Shown: positions 10,216 to 21,270, numbered from the stretch's first letter. The stretch is DNA of 64,000 nt from Candidatus Sysuiplasma jiujiangense (GCA_019721075.1 JAHEAD010000001.1:186001-250000), one strand, 5' to 3'. The notes: generated by a model from the letters alone, not told the origin. A program made the numbers and translations.

Positions 10216-10406
10216 CTTTTGCGTCCATTCACAAGGTATTATAAAAAAGCATCGTGAAAACAAGCATTATTTGCTCTCAATTTTACCTCAAAGCCAGCTA
10301 AAAATAAGCGATGCAGGGGGCATGAAGCATCCTTCGCTATGAAAGAATCGTTAATAAATTATTAATATAAAGGTTATCAACCTAGTCCGCACTACCAGGT
10401 ACAGTC

Positions 10407-11414
10407 ATGCAGAAACCGCTGATAAGTGTAATAATAACAGCTTACGGGAGAAAGATGTTTTTGAAGGATGCGCTTATCTCCGTTGCGTCACAGGATATTG
10501 ACAGAGACAAATTCGAGATATTTGTTGTCAAGAATTTCAATGATACTGAAATAGATGAGCTTTGCCTTAAGACTGGAGCTGAAATGATAAACAGCGAAGA
10601 GAGCAACGTAACACTCTTCAGATATGCCGCCATTGACAGATGCCGAGGAGAGATACTCTGTTTTCTCGATGATGATGACAGATGGGAGAAAAGAAAACTC
10701 GAACATGTTCTGGAGGTGTTCAGGAAGTATCGCCGACTTGGCTTCTATAGAAATTCAATAAAATTCATTAACCATGACGGCAGGGTGATAGAGAATCCTT
10801 ATCGATACAGACCTGTCCAGTTTAATGAGCACGGTCACACTTTATATGTAGATGGCAGCAGGATGGAACGCTTCGCTTCACACGCGGTAAACAGGCGTTA
10901 CGATTTCAACTGCAGTTCAATTTCTATCAGAAAGGAGATACTTCTTAGATACAGAAACTTTGCACCCGGTATCATATCCTCATTCGATAGTTTCATGTTC
11001 TATTGCACAGCAATCAGCGGCTACTCTTTCCTTGCAGATGATAGCGAGTTGACACATTACAGGATTAATGGGGGAAGCATATCATTCTCCCCTACACTGA
11101 GCTTCTCCGGAAGACAGACGGTCACGTACAGAACGCTACTCGCAATGGCCGACTTCTACGGCAAGAGGAATCTTATCAAGATGCTCGAAAGACAGCTGGC
11201 TTTTTTTATGCTCATTAACACAATACATAAGCAGGAAGCGCAAAAGCGTGAAGTGCTAAGACTCACGGTCGAGTTTACGAGGCATATGCACATATACAAA
11301 ATCGCTGAAAATTTCGTGACTGCGGTCATCTCCACGATGTACATAATTCATCCAAGTTTAAGCAGATCTCTCTATGAAAAATTCACATCTGTTAAGATGC
11401 CTATCCTGCAATAA
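10407..11414 (+). CDS. Glycosyltransferase family 2
   Basis: ISVIITAY and ILCFLDDDD motifs. Confidence 0.9.
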   Translation: MQKPLISVIITAYGRKMFLKDALISVASQDIDRDKFEIFVVKNFNDTEIDELCLKTGAEMINSEESNVTLFRYAAIDRCRGEILCFLDDDDRWEKRKLEHVLEVFRKYRRLGFYRNSIKFINHDGRVIENPYRYRPVQFNEHGHTLYVDGSRMERFASHAVNRRYDFNCSSISIRKEILLRYRNFAPGIISSFDSFMFYCTAISGYSFLADDSELTHYRINGGSISFSPTLSFSGRQTVTYRTLLAMADFYGKRNLIKMLERQLAFFMLINTIHKQEAQKREVLRLTVEFTRHMHIYKIAENFVTAVISTMYIIHPSLSRSLYEKFTSVKMPILQ

Positions 11415-11570
11415 CATCTGCCCTGACATTTTCAATACATCCGTGCGGAGTTGAGAAAGCTCAGGACATATATGCGATGTGCACTATCAGAGTTGCTGAA
11501 GACTTCGAATGAGATGGTAGGAAAGCTTGGGTTCTAGCAGCAGATTATGCAAAATGGACCGAATCGGAGT

Positions 11571-13160
11571 TTAATTTTTCTTGCTGGTAGATCGTGCTAA
11601 AATGGAGTACAGATAATGGAAGCCGTCCGCCGGTCTATTGGGCAAACGTACTTTTTCAAGATAGTCCATGCTTATTTTTCCCAAACCATCCACAATGTAA
11701 GCCTGTGCATCCGCAGCCTGGAAGCAATCCGTAGATATTACAGGGATGCCCAGAAGAGGACCGAATCGCATTGAACCCGAAGATTGTATTATATTGACCT
11801 GAGCAAATAGAAAATGCGAGCAGGAACTCAGCTTGCTTATCAGCTCTTCTTGGGTGAAATAACCTGTTTCAATGTCTACGCCCGGGGAAAAACATTTTTT
11901 CGATATTCTCCTTGCATGCTTGGATGTTCTCTTTCTGTACTTCTCATTAGTATCAGAAATGCTCAAAAGTATTTTTGCATGCACCCCAAGCCTGCTGGAG
12001 AGTTTGCATATCTTTTCGACACGTTTGTACGGAGCGGCAAATCCAAATGTTCCAATGCATATGCTCCTCGCATTCCCAATTGTTCGTTCAGGAGGCATTT
12101 CCGAATTTTCCGAATAGTTTATGTGCGGCATCAAGTAATATTTTGTGAACCGGTACTGGGCAGCAGGCAACCTGTTAAAGACACAGGATAGTCTGCGCAG
12201 CGCTATCCTTAAGAATGTAATTGCGTGCCTGAAAGGATCGTTCTTGAATATGTAGAATATTGTTATGACCCTCTCAAAAATGCTGCCTCGATAAAGGTCC
12301 ATGGTTTCAACATTCTGTCTTAGTAGCAGGATTTTTCCTTCCAGGTTTCTTGCAAGGCGCGAATCGACAGGAATCGAATGACATTCTACAACAATATTCG
12401 ATGCAGACGGCAGGTCTATTACCATGTTTCTCTCATATTCTAGTACTGTCGGAATAGAGAGATTCACGTTTTCAAATGACTTGTAAAGATTTACTTTCAC
12501 ATTCCTGCTCTGAAATCGCTTTGACAACACCGCAACATATTCCCCGAGGCCATCCTTCTTACCCAGGAAAGGACAGACTATATTGACTTCAGTCAGTGGC
12601 GCCTTGTTGCTGTCCTCCTTTATTATCTTCTTGACTAACAGAATTGACGAGTCCATAATGTAGGCGTTTTCCGCTCCAAATTCATCAGATAGCCACGAAT
12701 AATTCACCAGAAGATCCTGGACAGGCTGGTGTGTTCCTGAAGGGGTTTCCAGCTTCTTCACTGCATTCTGCAGCAAAAGCGCAATAAATCCGCCTGTGTC
12801 AGTGAGTCTGACCATTTCGTCTAAAATGTCGCGGATGGGAATTTTCGCACACTCATTATTGATAATCCTGATTACAAATGAGTACATTCCGTCCGGAAGA
12901 TGTGTCATCACAGAAGTCGAAAACCAGCATTTTATCTGAGTACTGAAATCCTGACTCAGTATTGCGCTGTCGTCCGATACTGCAGTTAAGTTGTTGAATC
13001 CGGCGTTTTTGAAGGAAGTAAGAATTTTGTTTCCGTTTAGACCTGTAAGCCAAACAAGTAAAAACTGATCTGACTTAAGTCCTGTTTCCAGACATATCTC
13101 TTCGAGAGACTTTTTGTGTATTTCCATTGCCACTACCGTCTTCTTTCCTCTTTGCGCCAA
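11571..13160 (-). CDS. Fusion of a degenerate methyltransferase-like N-terminal domain and a GT-B (GT4-like) C-terminal domain
   Basis: ILDEMVRLTDTGGFIALL in the N-terminal part. KDGLGEYV, IGTFGFAAPYKRVE and SSGS...GIPVISTD in the C-terminal part. Confidence 0.6.
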   Translation of the reverse strand: MAQRGKKTVVAMEIHKKSLEEICLETGLKSDQFLLVWLTGLNGNKILTSFKNAGFNNLTAVSDDSAILSQDFSTQIKCWFSTSVMTHLPDGMYSFVIRIINNECAKIPIRDILDEMVRLTDTGGFIALLLQNAVKKLETPSGTHQPVQDLLVNYSWLSDEFGAENAYIMDSSILLVKKIIKEDSNKAPLTEVNIVCPFLGKKDGLGEYVAVLSKRFQSRNVKVNLYKSFENVNLSIPTVLEYERNMVIDLPSASNIVVECHSIPVDSRLARNLEGKILLLRQNVETMDLYRGSIFERVITIFYIFKNDPFRHAITFLRIALRRLSCVFNRLPAAQYRFTKYYLMPHINYSENSEMPPERTIGNARSICIGTFGFAAPYKRVEKICKLSSRLGVHAKILLSISDTNEKYRKRTSKHARRISKKCFSPGVDIETGYFTQEELISKLSSCSHFLFAQVNIIQSSGSMRFGPLLGIPVISTDCFQAADAQAYIVDGLGKISMDYLEKVRLPNRPADGFHYLYSILARSTSKKN

Positions 13161-13384
13161 TGTGCTTCCTGATTGAGCTTAAGTCTCCTTCCGTGCTTAT
13201 TGAATACACTGTTAGAAACAGATAATTACGTGTGCATTAAAAAGTATCCGTCTCGACGCCATTTCTGAAACCCTTGCATTAAATTGCTGAAGCTATAGAC
13301 ATAAACATGATTCAGATCTGACAGTTTCGTTTATCTAAAACCAGATTATATATGTATATCGCGCAACTGACGAAGGATCGAAAA

Positions 13385-14710
13385 ATGACCATAAATGAAA
13401 GACAAGAATTGCTCGATTGGCTATACGGTCTGGAAAATTTTGGCATCAAACTTGGTCTGGAAAATATGAAACGACTCCTTGATGGCCTTGGAAATCCGCA
13501 GAACAATTACCGGACCATACATGTTGCAGGCACAAATGGTAAAGGTTCAGTATGTGCAATAACCGCCTCGGTGCTTTCCTGTGAGGGTTATGTCACCGGC
13601 CTTTACACATCTCCTCACTTTGTTGATTTCGAAGAGAGAATCAAGATCGATGGCAAGTGCATAAGAGAAGAGGAATTGCTTCGATACGCAGGGGAGGTGA
13701 GGGAAATTTCTGAAAAGATATTCGGGAACGACCGAAGACAGATAACATTTTTCGAGATAACGACGGCAATTGCATTTCTCTATTTTTCGGAAAAGAGAGT
13801 GGATTATGCCGTCATTGAGGTTGGGCTCGGAGGTAGACTCGATGCAACGAATGTCATAGTCCCCGAAATATCGGCGATTACACACATCGCGCTGGAGCAT
13901 ACAGAATATCTTGGAGGGACGCTCAGAGAGATTGCCAGAGAGAAAGCAGGCATAATTAAGAGAAATGTTCCGGTTTTGACGGCGGAGACTCTTAATGAGC
14001 CTATTGAGGAATTCGTTAAGATATCAAATGACAGAGAAACAATTCTTGAAAAAGCCTACGAAATTGTTGACATAATAACGAAGGAGAACACATTCGGATA
14101 CCTCGAATTCAGCTCCTACGGAATATCTGCCCATGAAAACCTGAAGTGCCGGCTCTGGGGAGAATATCAGATACCAAACGTAACGCTGGCAATTGCGATC
14201 ATTGAAAAAATGCAGCGTATGGGTACATATGTATCAGACCGTGCTGTAATGAATGGAATTGAATCAGTGTTCTGGCCCGGAAGATTGCAAATAGCCAAAA
14301 ATAGCAGGGGGGGAGTATACATATTTGATTCTGCACACAATCCGGATGCAGCACGCGCCCTGTCCAAGTCTGTTTCAGACGTCACTCGGGAAAAATTTCT
14401 CTGTGTTATAGGGGTGCTCTCCGATAAGAATCTTGACGGCATTATTGAATCCATTGCCCAAATATCGGATGACTTCATTTGTGCGGAGCCAGTTACATCC
14501 AGAGCAAGAAGTGTAGACGACATAATTAAAGCAGTTGTGAGGGCAGGAAAGAAAGCAGTGAAAGCCAATAGTGTTCCCAACGCAATGAATATTGCGGATG
14601 AGGCTGCAGGTGGGAGAAAGGTTCTTGTTACTGGCTCATTGAGAACGGTAGGTGAAGCGATGAAATGGTGGTTTGATAGTTTTGGTGAGAGATTATGGAG
14701 AAATGACTGA
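13385..14710 (+). CDS. folC: Folylpolyglutamate synthase/dihydrofolate synthase
   Basis: HVAGTNGKGS, YTSPHF, EVGLGGRLDATN, DSAHNPD and VTGSL motifs. Confidence 0.95.
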   Translation: MTINERQELLDWLYGLENFGIKLGLENMKRLLDGLGNPQNNYRTIHVAGTNGKGSVCAITASVLSCEGYVTGLYTSPHFVDFEERIKIDGKCIREEELLRYAGEVREISEKIFGNDRRQITFFEITTAIAFLYFSEKRVDYAVIEVGLGGRLDATNVIVPEISAITHIALEHTEYLGGTLREIAREKAGIIKRNVPVLTAETLNEPIEEFVKISNDRETILEKAYEIVDIITKENTFGYLEFSSYGISAHENLKCRLWGEYQIPNVTLAIAIIEKMQRMGTYVSDRAVMNGIESVFWPGRLQIAKNSRGGVYIFDSAHNPDAARALSKSVSDVTREKFLCVIGVLSDKNLDGIIESIAQISDDFICAEPVTSRARSVDDIIKAVVRAGKKAVKANSVPNAMNIADEAAGGRKVLVTGSLRTVGEAMKWWFDSFGERLWRND

Positions 14711-15362
14711 TTTTGCGATCATGTTCGAAAGCCTCGAACGGTATTACGCCCAGCCTGGTCTGACAACAGCTCTAGAAAATATATCAAAAAATGAGAATGC
14801 CTTCCATGTTCTCATATCCACTGTTATTTCCCAGAGGAACAGAGACGAAATTACAGAGAAAATATCCAGGAGGCTATTCAAAAAATACCCTACTATCAGC
14901 CTTCTGGCCAAAGCATCACCCGGCGACATTGCAAAATGCATTCGCCAGTCCAACTTCTATAGAACGAAGTCTAGAGCGATAAGCGAAATATCAAAAAGAA
15001 TAGAATTGGATTATAATTGTAACGTACCGGAGAATATCGAAGAACTGATGGAACTGCCTCTCGTTGGACGGAAGACGGCAAACTGCGTACTGGTTTATGC
15101 CTTCAGGAAGAGCGCGATTCCGGTAGATACTCACGTACACCGGATATCAAATAGAATTGGAATTGTTGAAAGTAGGGATCCGAAGGAAACGGAAGAGCAA
15201 CTCAGGCAGAAGATACCTGAAATATACTGGATGAGACTGAACAATATCTTTGTGATCCATGGCAAAAAAATATGCAAGCCACTTCATCCACTGTGCTACA
15301 AATGCCCCATTTCCACGCATTGCGGGTATCCAAAGAAGAGCGTTCGGGATAGGAAGAAATAG
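14703..15362 (+). CDS. nth: Endonuclease III (HhH-GPD, 4Fe-4S)
   Basis: LPLVGRKTA, PVDTHVHR, and the Fe-S loop CKPLHPLCYKCPISTHC. Confidence 0.93.
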   Translation: MTDFAIMFESLERYYAQPGLTTALENISKNENAFHVLISTVISQRNRDEITEKISRRLFKKYPTISLLAKASPGDIAKCIRQSNFYRTKSRAISEISKRIELDYNCNVPENIEELMELPLVGRKTANCVLVYAFRKSAIPVDTHVHRISNRIGIVESRDPKETEEQLRQKIPEIYWMRLNNIFVIHGKKICKPLHPLCYKCPISTHCGYPKKSVRDRKK

Positions 15363-15439
15363 ACCCGGGCACGTATAAAAAGCCGGAACTTTCAGTAACA
15401 TACTTTAAGAACCTCTGATATCATAACGCGGTTTCCGAA

Positions 15440-15513
15440 GCGAGGTTAGTCTAGTCTGGTTAGGACATTAGCTTGCCAAGCTAGTAAGGCGGGTTCAAAT
15501 CCCGCACCCCGCA
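15440..15513 (+). tRNA. tRNA-Gly (GCC), CCA not encoded
   Basis: Cloverleaf: acceptor GCGAGGT/ACCCCGC (one mismatch), D-stem GTCT/GGAC, anticodon arm TTAGC-TTGCCAA-GCTAG, T-arm GCGGG-TTCAAAT-CCCGC. Confidence 0.93.
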
Positions 15514-15900
15514 TCTGCAGAAATCCCTGATTTCCCATCGTTCATTTTTTTCATCTTTCCAAAAGTGATTTTCCAATACGCTGATTGAACGTTCCACCGT
15601 TTCTACCATCCAAGGATGTGTGTAATGCTGTGTACTCCGGATATCCTCGCGACCGGCTGCAATTTGGACCTCCCGCATTTAAACGCCGCGCCTTATTACG
15701 TATGTCGCATAGAGAAACGTCTCAGGGCATGCGGTTGCATATTGGGGTTTCTGGCTCTGATGCCTTCCTCCTTGATAACCTTCCTGATAATTTCCCTCAC
15801 ACTCAATGTCAAAAGGGTCGCTGAGCTCCTGAAGAGAGTTGAGGAGTGACGCCTAACAACAGTCGAATCCCTCGTAGGATTACCAAGAATGTTCTCGCTT
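15481..15900 (-). pseudogene. Tyrosine recombinase/integrase C-terminal remnant
   Basis: Manual translation across a 2-nt frameshift and a stop: ...NMQPHALRRF/YATYVIRRGV*MREVQIAAGREDIRSTQHYTHP, matching HxLR...LGH...T..Y. The reading frame runs into the tRNA 3' half. The 5' boundary is approximate. Confidence 0.8.
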
Positions 15901-15989
15901 CTCTACAAGGAAAAACTAACGTCGTGAATCAAATTCCCGATGCACTAAAAAACGGTCCGACAATTATAACAAACCTCAGTAGTGATAAG

Positions 15990-17120
15990 GTTGTTTGAGC
16001 ATTTGCTCAATTGCTGATATGTTGCAGACGTTCTTCACTGTTGTTGGTGAAGTGTTCCCTGACAAATCGCCTTACTGAGCCAACCAGTTTCCTGTTCAAA
16101 CCGAAGTAATGGTTGTTGAGCAGTTTTGCCCTCTCATAGTTCCACCACTGTTCCTGCGAGTTGATATCAGGCGAGTATCTCGGGAGTGGCTTGAGCACAA
16201 CCCGTTGATGGTCTGCAATCCATTTCTACAGCACCTTCGACCTATGCACGGTCGGATTGTCAAGGTAAATCCTCAGGCCTCTTTCCTCTGTGCATGACAA
16301 GCAGCTTTTCAGGGAACCTTATCAGAGACTTCGGCTTTGCCTCCGCGGTGTTCATACTGAACACCATCCCCCTGAGCGGGTTGACTGTACCGAAGCCGTT
16401 TATGCGTTTCTCGTACGTGCGCTGTGGTGTCCTCAATGTGAGCCTCTGACCGAGTGCCCAGCCGTAGCCGCCGCTGTGCGAACGGTCTATCGGCATTTCG
16501 TCCTCGAAGAGGACGACAAGGTCATCCGACTTTGCATCAATGTCCCTGATGAACCGCCTGGCGAACTCCTCCTTCTCCCTGACTGCATCGGCACTGTATG
16601 TTCGGCGTATTCAAGCGTTGCCCTGCCATAGTGGGTGCCCCTATCCCTCAGACAGCAACTGATAGACTCTTCAAATACAGTGATGCCATTTTTCTGGAAG
16701 TGGAGCCTGAGTTCGATGCACGTCCAAGTCAACGAGTTGATGCCATGCTTACCGGGGTCATTCTCGTCGAGCAGGTGCTTCATATCCTTCTTCTCCTTCT
16801 CACCGGGTACCGTAGGCATACCGCTCCTGTCCCCGTATTTGACACTCCTTTCCCCATTCCACCGCTGTGCGCATCTGTAAATGGCATCTTCGGCTACAGA
16901 GAACACTCTTGAAGCATCTTTCACTGAATAAATGATGCTGAGCATGTAAAGTGCACGGAGACGATCCCTTTCCCTTGGATCCTTGCACTCCTTGCAAGTT
17001 TGTTGAGAAAGAAAGAATCAGGCTCTGGAATTGTGCCCATACCTGTCGCGAGAGCTTGTGGCATTCCCGAGATTTGATGTTTCTCATAGAACTTCTGTGG
17101 AGAGCTATAATTGGGCACAT
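15990..17120 (-). pseudogene. IS630-family transposase, multiply frameshifted
   Basis: PLPRYSPDINSQEQWW (DDE_3 motif), HTH-like N-terminal fragments (WTCIELRLH), and KRINGFGTVNP spread over several frames. Confidence 0.8.
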
Positions 17121-17133
17121 GGCTGAAAATAAT

Positions 17134-18309
17134 TCAAGAGATGCCGGTTATTATTGAATTCCTCCTGAACTTAATCAAAAACAGAGATGCAGAGAATGCC
17201 ACTGGAACGGTCAGGAAAAGAAAGGAATAATTAAGGCCTATAAAAGAGGATAACAGGCCTACCGCAAAAGGTACTCCGGCAAATAGCAGGTTATTAAATG
17301 CCATGAAATAGGAATTTACTGCGCTTCTCTCCTCCCTGCTTGAACCGCGGGCTATAAGTATTGTTGATAAGGGAAATATAGAACCATGGGGAAAACCAAG
17401 CAACGCCATTAGGATTAGGAAAAGTACGAATGATGGAGAAAACACCATACCAGCCAGTCCGACTAAAGTTATAACGACTGAGCAGATGAATAACGGATAG
17501 AGGGATTTACGCGGAAGAATGGCAATGGTAAGCCGTGTTATGAAGGATATCGTGAAGAAAGGAATAAATGAAAGGTATGCGACGCTTCTTGAGACCGCGA
17601 ATTTATCTGAAGCGTAAATGACAAGAAATGTCGTAATTGCAGCAAAAGGTACACTGTATGTCGAATTCGCCAGAAGCGATGAGAGAAAACCAGTGTTCCT
17701 GAGAACAATTCTGCCATGTAACTCCGATTTGATCTCCGGGAACTGCACAGCATAAGAAAGAGTAAACGCAATAACTGCCAGAGCAATAAAGAAAAGAAAC
17801 ACGCTCCTATAATTAAAATATTTTAAGATCTGTATCTCTATGAAAGGACCAATTATCAAGCTTGCGCTGAGACTAGTAGTATAGATCGCAAGGAGACGTT
17901 CGGTTGACTTAAGGTCTCTGACCATGGAGGCTGAAGTAATCAGATTCGGCATTATTATACCGCTTGCCAGGCCCGCGATTATTACGATGGGCCAGATTGT
18001 AGCAGCATTCGAGTAATAGAAAAGAAGCAATGCCGCGACTATTGCGAGGTTTGACAGAATGAAAGCTCGCCTCCTAGTTTGCCCCTGTAGATGGGGATTC
18101 AAATATGATGTTGCAGCAAAGGTTGCCATGAAGGAAAGCGCAGCGAGTATGCCTACTCCATTATTGCTGAAACCGAGTGTACTTTTTGCAAGGGGTGGAA
18201 CGGTAGTTGTGATCATGTTGTTGGTTGCCCTCACCGCAATTGTCATCAATGACAATATAACGGCCAAATATGCGAACTCCGGAATTTTTCGATTAGGAAC
18301 CATATTCAT
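17134..18309 (-). CDS. MFS transporter
   Basis: About 12 TM segments in a 6+6 arrangement. Confidence 0.85.
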   Translation of the reverse strand: MNMVPNRKIPEFAYLAVILSLMTIAVRATNNMITTTVPPLAKSTLGFSNNGVGILAALSFMATFAATSYLNPHLQGQTRRRAFILSNLAIVAALLLFYYSNAATIWPIVIIAGLASGIIMPNLITSASMVRDLKSTERLLAIYTTSLSASLIIGPFIEIQILKYFNYRSVFLFFIALAVIAFTLSYAVQFPEIKSELHGRIVLRNTGFLSSLLANSTYSVPFAAITTFLVIYASDKFAVSRSVAYLSFIPFFTISFITRLTIAILPRKSLYPLFICSVVITLVGLAGMVFSPSFVLFLILMALLGFPHGSIFPLSTILIARGSSREERSAVNSYFMAFNNLLFAGVPFAVGLLSSFIGLNYSFLFLTVPVAFSASLFLIKFRRNSIITGIS

Positions 18310-18429
18310 TGGATGAAGATTTACACCTCGGAAAAAGACGACTACCACTGTCTGATTTAAACATTTACATAACAGACTTGGATCAGTTGTTTGTGATATT
18401 CTTGCCCAAGCCGAAAGAGAATTATTAAT

Positions 18430-19145
18430 TGGTGTCTAGTGCCGTGTTTCAATAACTGAGTTCTGTGTCCTGAATTTCCGGATAACGATTTTGCTCCTGC
18501 AGTACTCGATGGTCTCTTCCCCTTTCATTGAAGGGGGGTGTGGCGGGCAGCGCTCTGCACGTCTGTTGATTGTAGTCGCTCAATCGTCGTTTGTAATGTG
18601 CCGGTGAAGGCGGAAGTCGTTTATCGAATCACGCCACTATCATCCATTCTGGCATCGTGAGCTTACTCCACGTGTCGTCAATGCGGTTGAAGACCATTGC
18701 CTAAATGAACTTTGCACCTAGCGGCCTTCACTTAACATGCGGCAGGACATCGTAGACAGCTGAATCCATGCCAAGTCTCGTTCACTTCGAATGCGCCAGT
18801 GCTGCCGTGCCGTGGCTGTATGAGTGCAGTGTCGTTATGCCGGAGGTATCGAGTATTCATCTGCCGGCATCATGTGGCTCTGTCCTTAGAAGCAGATTCC
18901 ACTTCATTGACTCTTCTTCGCTCAGTCTTCCCTGCTCCTTTATGATCCTCGTCTTTACCCTTCTATCCACGCTGACGGATTCGACGAGAGAATAGTAGGT
19001 ATTCCTTTGGCGACACTCCTCTTCTGAAACACGTAAGATGCATGCTGATGCATGTATACATGAGTTGCAATTACAACAAACAAAGATTGCCATACAAAAC
19101 AGAAATTTCACGAGGAAAAATAGTCATTTTGTCGAACTTCTGATA
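18430..19145 (-). pseudogene. IS1634-like transposase N-terminal remnant
   Basis: YYSLVESVSVDRRVKTRIIKEQGRL resembles the IS1634 N-terminus; downstream frames are broken. Confidence 0.5.
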
Positions 19146-19227
19146 TAAGAATTTGAAAATCTGGGGCTATTAATAAGATTAGTATCGTTCCTTTTATCAG
19201 CGGCATCTGAAAAGTGCGGAATTCAAT

Positions 19228-20478
19228 TCAGCCAAAAAGTGAAACTTTGCCAACTTCTGATACTTCAGGTAGCATGAAAATGCCTGCAATAATTAAAAGA
19301 TTTATCAGAGCAAGAACGGCGAACGCAAATGTCAGACCGGCGAACGATCCGCCTGTAATCAGAGGAGGAAGTAGAGGACCAATAACGGAGCCGCCTGTCA
19401 TTCCCAGTCCCCACACAAGGGCGTTCCCCGTAGTGGAGGATCCACGAGGAACGTAGTCCGAAGTAAGTGAAAAGAATAAAGGAAAACCGCTGAAAGTAAA
19501 CAAACCAAATAAAGCAAGAAAAAGGGTTGTGAACAATCCGGAAACATACAGATAGGCAAACAGGCTTAAGGAAGTGCCTATGAAACTAACGGCCAGAAGA
19601 ACTCTCTTGTTCATTTTGCCAACAAGCAATCCAAACATCGGCTGACCAATTATTCCGGCTGCATACATAGTTGTGAGCGCAATACCCAAAGACGCCGAAA
19701 AACCCAGAGATTTGCCATAAGTAAAATATTCAGGCGCCCATGATATTATACCTTGCGTTACGGCCGATCTCGCAAACGCTACCACAGTCAGTATGATTAT
19801 CCCTTTGGTAAGCGCATTTTTGAATCCATGACTGGCTTGAATCCCCTTGCTTTTTGTTGTTGCGCCTGGTTCTCTCCACATGAAAGCAAAAACGATCATA
19901 GAGGCAGCAAATCCGATTATACCAAAGGAAAGAAGGGAACCAGACTTTGCCATATAAGCCGAAAATATGAAAAACAATACCGGGTAGACTGCTCTGCCAA
20001 GACTCCCCACCGCACCGTTCACGCCGAGCGCCTTCCCCCTACTTTTTTCTTTAAATGAAGATTGCAAAATGGTGGCGCCGATAGGGTGATAGAATGCACT
20101 TCCTAAACCAGAAACCGCAGAGGAAACAAGTGAAATATCATAATATATTGGTTCCGCAAACGTCTGCACAGAAATAAAAAAACCGAAAAGGCCTGCTGCC
20201 AGAAGCAAGAGACCAAGTCCCATATAAAATCCACTCCTTCCTGATCTGTCGACAAGCCTTCCAACATAAGCACTTGAAGGTGAGGAGATACCGTAGAACA
20301 GAAGCAACATCAATGTCACAAGCAGCGGAGACATATCCCTCTCCACTGAGAGAAGATCTGCAACAAGAGGAACAAATATGACAGTGCCATCGTTGATGAA
20401 ATGTGAAAGGCTTGTAAGACCGAGATTCGCCAACCCTGAAAGATTTTTGCCATCGTTGAACAATTTTGCTGAACCCAT
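19228..20478 (-). CDS. MFS transporter (Fsr-like)
   Basis: SHFINDG, motif A GRLVDRSGR, GSAFYHPIG, 12 TM. Confidence 0.9.
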   Translation of the reverse strand: MGSAKLFNDGKNLSGLANLGLTSLSHFINDGTVIFVPLVADLLSVERDMSPLLVTLMLLLFYGISSPSSAYVGRLVDRSGRSGFYMGLGLLLLAAGLFGFFISVQTFAEPIYYDISLVSSAVSGLGSAFYHPIGATILQSSFKEKSRGKALGVNGAVGSLGRAVYPVLFFIFSAYMAKSGSLLSFGIIGFAASMIVFAFMWREPGATTKSKGIQASHGFKNALTKGIIILTVVAFARSAVTQGIISWAPEYFTYGKSLGFSASLGIALTTMYAAGIIGQPMFGLLVGKMNKRVLLAVSFIGTSLSLFAYLYVSGLFTTLFLALFGLFTFSGFPLFFSLTSDYVPRGSSTTGNALVWGLGMTGGSVIGPLLPPLITGGSFAGLTFAFAVLALINLLIIAGIFMLPEVSEVGKVSLFG

Positions 20479-20905
20479 GAATATCACTTTCCTTTCGAAA
20501 CAAGGCAGGGGAGGCGGCTGTGTCCTATTAAACGAAGACACTTTAATATAAAACGTCTTTGCACAATAAGGCATCATGAATTCTGAGTTAGAGTATAGCA
20601 ACAAGAGTTAGGTTAATTCGGTGTTGCGATTGATAAACAAAAGACCGAAACTGGTTTTGGTCGACAAATAATGTCTCAAATTTAAGTTTTTACCATCAAA
20701 AAAGGTAGTATTAGATGCCCATGCAACTGTACAATATTTTTTGACCTGGCGCGAAACTTATCCCGTTGTTGAATCTTTGATTTAAAGAAGGAATTCTATT
20801 AGCGATGCGGAAATCCACCAAGACCCTTCCGATGTGTGCGTCCAATTTTTCATTCAGATCACTCCGGCTTATTGACTCGACCTGCATAATCGTGATATAT
20901 CACGA

Positions 20906-21109
20906 TTAGGTCCTACGAAGGAATCTGTGTACACGCCCAATACGTGATTTGTGGAAAAGAAAGGAGATGACAACTATCTCTATCACGGATGATAAGTAAA
21001 TTATTGTGAGAAATCCAAAAGTCACTTGAATCGGTTTCTTCACAAATACACTCGCAATTACGTCGAATACATACATTACAGAAAGCACGGCAGTTACAGA
21101 CAGATTCAT
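20906..21109 (-). CDS. Possible small 2-TM membrane protein
   Basis: Two hydrophobic stretches, basic tail and a GAGGGG upstream of the ATG. No recognisable family. Confidence 0.3.
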   Translation of the reverse strand: MNLSVTAVLSVMYVFDVIASVFVKKPIQVTFGFLTIIYLSSVIEIVVISFLFHKSRIGRVHRFLRRT

Positions 21110-21270
21110 CAAATTCCCCTCGCGTCGACATTCTGTGATTATTGGCACAGAATACTCATCAAAACATTAGAGCTGCTTTGGATTTAATCTATTGCCTTGA
21201 ACTTCAGGGTTCTTTCCGATTGCTCGGGTAATGAACAAAATCAAAATTCTGCAATTTTGCTCATGAGTGA

